A DNA stretch of 63,398 nucleotides, filler included, from Salisapilia sapeloensis CBS 127946 (taxonomy: Eukaryota; Protista; Oomycota): NCBI GenBank assembly GCA_023334545.1. It is 7 parts of 7 records of this genome, joined end to end, with 100 filler letters (N's around TTAATTAATTAA, not from the genome) between each part and the next. Parts side by side here need not be neighbours in the genome. Positions count along the whole stretch, not along the records: positions 54,595 to 59,141 come from JAADVB010000666.1; positions 59,242 to 60,461 come from JAADVB010001242.1; positions 60,562 to 61,753 come from JAADVB010001263.1; positions 61,854 to 63,398 come from JAADVB010001111.1; 3 more parts are not named here. The stretch is one strand, 5' to 3'. The notes under the pieces were generated by a model. That model saw only the letters and a list, made by a program, of their open reading frames with translations. It was not told the origin of the DNA and made no database searches. The first letter of the stretch is position 1, and each line of letters opens with the position of its first letter. A program made the position numbers and the translations under genes. Shown piece by piece: positions 55,526-63,398 of the stretch.

Positions 55526-55829
55526 CGTATGGTTTGTATGGCAAGAATGAAAGATGCGTAAGGTAGCAGCCTTACAAATTCACATATAAAAGATTGTTGG
55601 ATATACAATTTTCTAGTGTCGCTTACATAGAAAATACGACAACGAGATGCAAAATGAACTCATAATGCAATGCCCTTATTTTAATCTCAAGAATTTTATT
55701 GGTCAAAAATATCTCTATGATGACTTTATTTTCATGTATAATCGAATTAGAGCGATATAAACGATCGAAATGATGCGAGTGGAAGCGCACCAGCTCCTCT
55801 TCACCTCTTGATAAAGCTACATTAAGAAG

Positions 55830-57650
55830 CATGTGCATATCTAAATCTACACAGCGTGGATATGATTCATGTATTAGGGGTATATGCAAATGAATTCGTG
55901 GAAACGAGAAAACAGCAACCAATTCTTTGACAGTAACGGAGACATCGATCTCGGCGTATTTAAGGCAGAACATTTTGAAGACTTTATACTTTATCGTGTA
56001 AATGATGATCGCTCACCCATTAAAGCTGGGACGCTAGGGATTTATAGAAGTGCTGTAAAGACTTTGTACCGTCAACAGAAACGGGATGTGCCAATAGAAT
56101 ATGGTACAGAATTGAAGACTTTATTCTCAGCATTAAAACGAAAGGAAGCTCAAGATCTACAAACTGAAACCGCACGTGACTCCGGAAAATTGCCTTTTCC
56201 TTACTCTGTATACAAGTCTATCTGTGTGTCTACTCTGTCCTTTACAGATTCTGGCTTTCTCATCTATTCCTTGTGACACAAAGGAACCTTATGTGCCGTT
56301 CTGCTAGTGTTCATGATTTACATGTATCTCATCTGAGTGCCGAGGATGATAGCATAGGATGTACTTTACACAAATCAAAAACGAATCAAGAAGGAAGTGG
56401 TCCTAAAGACCCACGTCACATATGTGCGAATCCTTACAGTCCAGAAACTTGCTGGGCTCTAGCTCTCGGGATATATTTAGCATGCAATATGCAGCTATCT
56501 ACTGGATATCTCTTTCCACGTTTCAATCAAAAGAATAGGTTTTGCAAGGTACTCGCAGGATGCTTAAACAAAAAACAAAAGTCTCAAAAGCTATCGAACT
56601 CATTTTATTAGAAAAGGAGTGACTACTTATGCATGTAGAAGTACGGGAGGCCCGTCTATAGTCAGCGTTTGTATCAGGTGTGGTTGCTCTCTTGTGAACG
56701 TTCAAGATCGATATTTTAGGTACGAATCGGCAGGCGATCGATACTTAGGTCGTGTAGTGGCTAGTTTACCGCTAAACAATTCACACTTTGCTGTCCTTCT
56801 ACCCCACTTCCCGGAGCAGAACGATGAATATGTATACGAGTGCGTATATGCAACGTTTCCGACCTTCATAAATGAACTACAGTTAAGGCAGGTTCTGCAT
56901 TTTTGTGCTGCATCACTTGACTATCACGATGACTTTCTCCAAAGAACACTTTCAGTGTAACATTCTCTTCTTTCTGCATACCTACTTACAAACAAGCAAG
57001 TTATGACAGAACTGTATCAAAAAGCTACTGTAGAGAAATCACCTTGCACAAGAAAGTCCGGTACACCTCCACACATAGAGATGTACAGGCAACTAGGTGA
57101 TACGCTTAGTGCTATAGAAAAGAATTCCGGGCACTGTTATTGATGGTATAGCAGAAACAATAGAACAGAAAGGTATCGCGGCAGGAAATATTACCAGGAA
57201 AGTACAGGAAGAGACCATTCAAAGCCCTTTAGGCAGATTCAATATACTGGAGGCAACGCAGTCCAATGATAGCATAGCAACGAATGAATTTGAAAAAACA
57301 ATTTACAATTGGGGAAGAAATTACATTTTTTTAATCAGAAACATTTGAATTTCCAAGCGTCGATGCCCTCACAGCGTCGAAGTTATGGTGAGTCGGCATT
57401 CAATCGCAGAGGCTAACTGCATTCAGAGCCATCAATACATCAGATCTTTTTACTCGAAAGAAGAGAAATACGTACTCTGAATGGAGCATAATGATGAGCC
57501 GCATCATATTCGAAGCAGAGAAGAAGATTGAACAAATCATATCTGACGAGATGATGGAGTCGAGCTTTAGAACTCTTTTAAACGGACATGCCCAACTTAA
57601 ACATGAGACCGTCACATAATAGTCGGCGTAAAGATCAGTAGATATTTACC
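55830..57650 (+). mobile_element. Degenerate Crypton (tyrosine-recombinase DNA transposon)
   Basis: Fragments MCRSAS (Arg), KSKTNQEG (Lys), RHICANP, RKGVTTYA, RCG.S...VQDRYFRY (Tyr), AGDRYLGRVVASLP and a C-terminal FEFPSVD...KLW*VG...YSEW domain; several stops and frameshifts. Confidence 0.8.
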
Positions 57651-58752
57651 ACATTGTTGAGACTCGTCCGCGAAGCTCGTTAAGGCTCTCACACGCGCCG
57701 CCTCGAGTACAAAAAGCGTCGATCTGCTCTTTCGTAAATGGCCCCAAAAGTTGTGATTTGAATTTCAAATTTGTAAGAAACTTATTTTTATAAATGAAGC
57801 ATTTCTACCAATCAGTTCGAGTACTCGGCCAGCCTTACGAAATACAGACACAATTGAAATATGCCCACAGTTCATGAACCAAGGAGCAACGCCTTAACAA
57901 ATGCGACAGAGTGACAGGTGTAGGCGTGTACTGCGCATGAGAATTACAGGCAGAATGAGGACAAGTGGGTACCGTAGAGTCTGAGGACCCTTAGAGATCC
58001 AATAGAGCTTAATGCGGTAGAAAAAACGCCGATCGGTAGCTATTAACCCCGTTATACTATGAAGGTCACGCCATGAGATTTGACGTAAGGCATCTCTGAT
58101 CGACCATTTTTAGTTTTCCAGCGTGAAATTACCTTATTTCACAGTTGAATTCCTGCATCGTAAGCCATACACGATATCGCCTTGCGCGTTTGACGACGAG
58201 GTTCTGGTATGCGATTGCGATGGTACCGTAGAGAAAGTAGTCGTGTAAGGAGAGGATGAGGAGCAAATATCATTGTTGGATGATAATTGTGGTGATGTGC
58301 GAGCAAATTTGCGATGAGAATCAGTGTTGCCGTTACCAACTGGTATACCGCTATCGGCCGATTTCCACTGTTACCAGTGATGGTGCCAGCAAGGGTATGC
58401 AACGATTTACGATAAGGCCAAGTGGTTACGTCAGACTAGGCAGAGCGGGCTGGTTTACGTAGGATACATGTAGTAACGCGAGCTCAGATGTGATGCTGTG
58501 GCAGCGCTCCTCACAGATGATACAATATCGTTGAACTGAGAAGCGACGGCCATCAGCCGATCAGAAGGAGCTTCGAAAGAACGAAGGAATTTTGACCAAT
58601 CCAGTGCCCATGGGCCTAGGTCCCACTTCGGGAGCTGGGCCTCAGGGGGTCTGGGTCCGGACTGGACCCGAGCCCCAGACCGGGACCGAACCGGAGCGCC
58701 AAAGACTGAAGCTGATGAGTGAAGCAAGGTACCCAGTGTCGAGAGGGACCGT

Positions 58753-59005
58753 AAGAAAACGGAGAAAAGGGATGTGAACGTAAGACCTGGACCCAGAGCC
58801 CTCGGGGTCTAGCTCTGACTAGGATGAGAGTCAATGCGTGGACGACGATGGTACAACAGTGTGGTGGATGACACATGATATGAGAAAGCACAACAGGCGG
58901 TTAAACAAGAAGGTATAGCCAGCAATTGAGATTTGTATAAGCAGAATACAGAAGAGAATTTGCACTTGACTTACTAAGCACACGTGTGGTGTAACAGAAT
59001 TCACA
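58753..59005 (+). mobile_element. Polypurine tract plus 233-bp 3' LTR of an LTR retrotransposon
   Basis: AAGAAAACGGAGAAAAGGGA (58753-58772) immediately followed by TGTGAA...TTCACA (58773-59005), a perfect 6-bp terminal inverted repeat. Confidence 0.65.
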
Positions 59006-59141
59006 ACGATAGCCCTTTCAACGTAAGGGAAGCGTAAAACGCGGAGTATGAAACTCTTGTACTAAAAGTACGGAAGATGTGTTATACACTTATGCTTTAG
59101 AAAGCAAAGTGAGAACTGATTGTATTGAGGCTTAATCCGAA

Positions 59142-59241
59142 NNNNNNNNNNNNNNNNNNNNNNNNNNNNNNNNNNNNNNNNNNNNTTAATTAATTAANNN
59201 NNNNNNNNNNNNNNNNNNNNNNNNNNNNNNNNNNNNNNNNN
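59142..59241. other. Artificial contig spacer
   Basis: 44N-TTAATTAATTAA-44N. Confidence 0.98.
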
Positions 59242-60426
59242 AGATGTTCCGTAGAAATCGAGGGCATGAGGCTTTCATGAACAGTACTTCCCATTGAAGG
59301 GAAAGTGCACCTTTGTGGCCATCCATATCTAGTGGTATCGCATTGAAGATTTTTCCGTCTTCTTGTGAATAAAAGTAACTGATCAGGTGGGAGACGTCTG
59401 TAAACCTGTCTGCATTCATGAGACGGATGCTGTACAGTTGTGGATTTCTCAAATCTTCCACTCCACCGCCTTGTGTTTGTCGTCACCAGGTTAGCTCAGG
59501 AGGGAGTGCTGCTTCCTTCGGGTCGTGAGCATTCACTAACTCGATCTGGTGATGCTAGAGCAGTGTTTTAAACCCTGTCCATGCTACCGCATTCTTTCGT
59601 TCCGGGAAGATGAAATGAAGTTGATGCGTTCCTTTATTGTAAGTTATTTGCTTTACATCCAGGAAAAGTTCTTCCACATCCACTACGGACCATCCTTTTG
59701 ATAATCTGGAGTTGCGCAATAAAGCCTGTAGTCGTTCCGTTTGCTGATGACCTTTGTATACCTTGACCTTCTGTGGTAAGGGGGCAATCAACTCACCTTC
59801 CACTTGCATTTGGATCGTTGCTCGATATTTTCTTATGAACTGATAATCTCCAATTATTTTGAAGAATTGTGGCAACGCCGTTGCCACTATCTCTCCCGTC
59901 ATCAATCCCAGCATTGTTTCTTCCCCCATCTCTGTAGGCTTACGCAACTCCTTTGGATATGCATACTTTTTTGGCAATGTTTTATGATTTTTTCTTTTTT
60001 TTCTGGGGTATAGGATGTAGAGGTGTGAAATGTAAAACGTTGTGATTTTTGTTGAGAAGGAGAAGGGGATAGTTCATGCAGTAGCGGCTTCGTCCAGGCC
60101 GACGGAATATGTTTCTTCGGTTCCAATTTATGTAAGGCTGTTTGTAGGATTTTTGTCGGTGGCCAGCTGGACTTTTGTATCATTCGCATTAAGCTTGATC
60201 CAAAGGTCCACCATCTATCCGCATCGTAGGATCGCTTACTAACTATAATGTGATACATCTCTTGGAGTGCTAATAAAGCCGGGGTATCCAATTCTGGTTT
60301 CTCTTTGCGATGCGCCTGGACAGATGGTTTGGTCCTGATCCACAAACGGTTATACATCTGTTGCGTATTAGCGAGGAGGGTTGTAGCTGGTGACATCAGC
60401 AGGTTTGTTTGTCGGAAGTAGTCCAT
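59242..60426 (-). mobile_element. Frameshifted ORF1-like fragment of an oomycete L1-type non-LTR retrotransposon
   Basis: Overlapping ORF pieces 60426-59902, 59977-59555 and 59461-59242 form one frameshifted protein; YSIRLMNADRFTDVSHLISYF...W.V.F....CP.FL recalls oomycete L1 ORF1. Confidence 0.5.
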
Positions 60427-60461
60427 GTAGAAGTTAGAGCCCGTTGCTGTTTCCGGCGTGA

Positions 60462-60561
60462 NNNNNNNNNNNNNNNNNNNNNNNNNNNNNNNNNNNNNNN
60501 NNNNNTTAATTAATTAANNNNNNNNNNNNNNNNNNNNNNNNNNNNNNNNNNNNNNNNNNNN
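60462..60561. other. Artificial contig spacer
   Basis: 44N-TTAATTAATTAA-44N. Confidence 0.98.
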
Positions 60562-61704
60562 TGGCTGTGCAAAGTAAATTGATAGACAAAAGGACTAGGA
60601 TGGATGTGGTAATCTAGAAAATAAGTAGGGCTCGTTAGAGGGCCATTGGTGATTTAGCGGCTCATGAGGATATGCATGCATTTATAGCTTAGTAGGACAC
60701 TAGAATTGGCAGTTATGGCACTATAACGTCGGCTGGTTCTGGCGAGCAAGGCTGTTGTGATGAGGTAAATATTTCAGTGTTGTAACCAGATCTGATCCTC
60801 GGTTTTAACATAGCTGTGTGCACGCTGAAGTGGCAGCTATTGAGGGTAGTAAGTTCATTCATCAGGCACTTGAGACCTCTTGAATGGTGATTATACTCTT
60901 AAACTCGCGTCTAGGCGTGTAGCGCAAACAGCACATAACAGGACTAGGACAGAATGTAAATTCGAGTCTTACCGCTTCCACAAGAACCGAAGTCGTACAA
61001 TTATGTCGAATGACCACAGATTGTCCTGTAGCATATCACCACTACCTCTTTTGGCTACTGCATATGACAAGGAAAAGCAAACGAATCTATCAACAGCAAC
61101 ATAGCGAGGATTGAGCGAATATACAAAATGTCTGAAAGTAGGTTACCACAAACGCCTAGACAAAGTTTAGCGTGTATGCGATGAACTAGCTCGTTTGTCT
61201 ATGACGTCTTTAGAATAATATTCATTACGATTGACTTCTTGGGGCAGCAAATGTGATGACCAAGTTGCGCATGTCTTCAGATAGTCCGCAATAAGCTTTG
61301 TAGCCCAGAGATCAAACAATCAAAAGAGATCGTAACGATATGAACATCGAGAGAAAGGTGTGCTACTAAATAGTGTGAGATTAGATGAAATATCCTGAGC
61401 CGTCTAATTCAGTTTAGGAAGTTGACCACCACCGATTTTATTCGACACTTCCAGCAAAAGGCACTCTTGCCAGCACAATTTAAGTCGGTAAGAAAGAGTC
61501 TACAAGCTAACTTGTCGATAGTCGCCACAAGGTATAAATTCTACGTCGAAGCCACCGTGGAATGCAACACTATTAGAGTCTCACCAACTCTGCGCCACAC
61601 GAGCGTCACAACATCACCAATGGCCCTCTAACGAGCCCTACTTATTTTCTAGATTACCACATCCATCCTAGTCCTTTTGTCTATCAATTTACTTTGCACA
61701 GCCA
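60562..61704. repeat. Perfect 92-bp inverted repeat pair (60562-60653 and 61613-61704)
   Basis: The first 92 nt of the contig are the exact reverse complement of 61613-61704. Confidence 0.95.
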
Positions 61705-61753
61705 TCTTGCTCACCGCCGTCCTTTGCAGCACACCCAAAGCCCTCATTTCGAA

Positions 61754-61853
61754 NNNNNNNNNNNNNNNNNNNNNNNNNNNNNNNNNNNNNNNNNNNNTTA
61801 ATTAATTAANNNNNNNNNNNNNNNNNNNNNNNNNNNNNNNNNNNNNNNNNNNN
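61754..61853. other. Artificial contig spacer
   Basis: 44N-TTAATTAATTAA-44N. Confidence 0.98.
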
Positions 61854-62388
61854 AAAAGGAAATACAAGGCACCGTGGAACTCGACCTATCTGTCGAACAG
61901 ACGACGAAGAACGTCTTGTGCTTTACAAACATCAAAATGAGTTTCGCGACAATGTGTGAGCCTGGCACATTATCCGTCGAGGCTGCCTTCAAAATAAAGA
62001 AAACGCGAGTGAAAATGACTTTCAAAGCTCCCATGGTCGAATGCGCAAAGCCGAGTGGCGATTGCAACTGACTATCAGTAAATAAACTCGTTTCCACTGT
62101 CGTCTCCAATGAGCTCGATGATATCTACAAGGATATCGGCAAACACATGAAAAGGTTGGTAATCAGCGAGGCGGCCTTCGACTTTGACAAGATTAAGCAA
62201 CTTGAATAAAGTCTAAAACTCGGAAAAGATGATGAAAAGTCTTTTTCGTGAGTTGAACAAGCTCGCAGCAGACACTCTGAATAAGACAAGTGGTACGACA
62301 TTGTAATGAAAAATTGAATGATGAGGTCACGAAACAGTCTAATAATGCCATCAAGAACAAATTCAAAAATGCTATTCAAGGCAGATAC
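61854..62388 (+). pseudogene. Probable pseudogene fragment of an unidentified protein
   Basis: Protein-like frame (KEIQGTVELDL...DCN*LSVNKLVSTVVSNELDDIYKDIGK...) interrupted by several in-frame stops and a frameshift. Confidence 0.35.
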
Positions 62389-62450
62389 AAGTGACATTCA
62401 GCAAGCAACACTAATACTATCTCATCGTACCCGGCTTCCCACTTTTTTAA

Positions 62451-63398
62451 TTACCAGGACTGCTGCTTTAAGATTGTTCGTAGCTTGTATGCAATTTCTG
62501 GCGCATGTGGACGCTCACTGGCGTGGAAGGATAGACATTGCATGGCCAGGTCTCGAATGGAAGGTGGGCAATCGTCGTTAAAGCTCGGTTTGATCGTACC
62601 TTCAGCAACACGATTCAATAACGCGACATTTGCCAATTCCCGACCGGTTTCTGTCCGAGCATCAAAGTAAGGTAGTTCGTGTGTGTCCAATTCAGAGAGG
62701 ACAACTCCAAATGAGTAGCAGTCGGAACTCTCATTGTACGTTCCATCTCCCGTAATAACCTCCGGCGCAAGCCACTTGGCTGTGCCGACGCCAGTGGTAT
62801 TCGTCCCGACTTCACTTGAGTACCGACTGGCGCCAAAGTCAGTCACCTTGGCTACATTCGTGTCGGATAGAAGGATGTTGGGCGACTTGAGGTCTCGGTG
62901 GAGAAGAGGTGGCAAAAACGAATGCACATAAACCAAGGCTTCTGCGACCTCAATGGCGATCGACAACTTCTCTTCCGTCCATTCCCGTGGTGTCCTTTTA
63001 TTCACCAAGTATGAGCGCAAATTTCCATTCGGCATATACTCAAACAGTCCTTGCAGATTCGCTTCATTTGTCCATGCAGCCCCCACCAACGCCACAATGT
63101 TAGGATGCTCCAAACTGGACGCCAGTTTGATCTCTTCCACCAAGTTTTTCGTCGCGTCAGGTCCTTTGTTCGCCAGTGCAACACGTTTAGACGCATAGTA
63201 ACTAGCCTTGCGATATTTCACGAGCCACACTTCGCCGTAAGCACCGCCCCCGATGCGTCGCACATCCTTCACGTCTTCAAAATTCATCTGCAAGGACAGC
63301 ATGGTCTCGTCTGTCCATAGAGAATACTTGCTCCCGGCAGCGGCGTTGCTTAAATCCGCGGTATTTGCGTTAGTAGAGTTGGCATCTTTTGCGTTATG
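62451..63398 (-). CDS. 3' part (juxtamembrane + kinase) of a receptor-like TKL kinase, runs off the window end
   Basis: GGGAYG, ASK, HRDLKSPN, DFG and GTAKWLAPE; LWTDETML juxtamembrane motif parallels IWSDQQLI in the 26027 kinase; frame open to 63398. Confidence 0.92.
   Translation of the reverse strand, partial: HNAKDANSTNANTADLSNAAAGSKYSLWTDETMLSLQMNFEDVKDVRRIGGGAYGEVWLVKYRKASYYASKRVALANKGPDATKNLVEEIKLASSLEHPNIVALVGAAWTNEANLQGLFEYMPNGNLRSYLVNKRTPREWTEEKLSIAIEVAEALVYVHSFLPPLLHRDLKSPNILLSDTNVAKVTDFGASRYSSEVGTNTTGVGTAKWLAPEVITGDGTYNESSDCYSFGVVLSELDTHELPYFDARTETGRELANVALLNRVAEGTIKPSFNDDCPPSIRDLAMQCLSFHASERPHAPEIAYKLRTILKQQSW

Overview
Eukaryotic, oomycete-type genomic DNA (elicitin, oomycete LRR receptor kinases, INR/FPR core promoters, many 50-75 nt GT-AG introns). 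It is not one continuous locus: seven contigs are joined by six identical artificial 100-nt spacers (44 N + TTAATTAATTAA + 44 N), so adjacency across spacers has no biological meaning. Contig 1 (1-25529) is gene-dense: multi-EF-hand protein, METTL18, COQ5, a GPI-type Ser/Ala protein, a GDH-like gene, a PDZ-like protein, a RING-H2 ligase and an intronless 3775-aa SZT2 (KICSTOR) homolog. Contig 2 holds an LRR receptor kinase, PHYHD1, ALG14, a carbamoylputrescine-amidase-like gene, a MORN3-like gene, a secreted CAP-like protein, a decayed kinase-less receptor and retroelement debris. Contig 3 holds a tight RNA-processing cluster (SF3B2, an RRM-less CstF-64-like gene missed by the ORF track, PARN, and a nucleoplasmin-like gene with an unusually long structured intron) plus an elicitin-like gene. 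The short contigs are mostly TE relics (Crypton, LTR, L1-like) and a second receptor kinase. Strongest leads: (1) an intact GDH paralog that has lost all recognisable catalytic residues; (2) an intact nitrilase-family amidase lacking the catalytic Cys; (3) a hinge+C-terminal-only CstF-64-like gene head-to-head with a PARN carrying a mitochondrial-type presequence and a C-terminal CaaX box; (4) a candidate intronic H/ACA-like RNA. All family assignments are from motif recognition by eye; no database searches were run.
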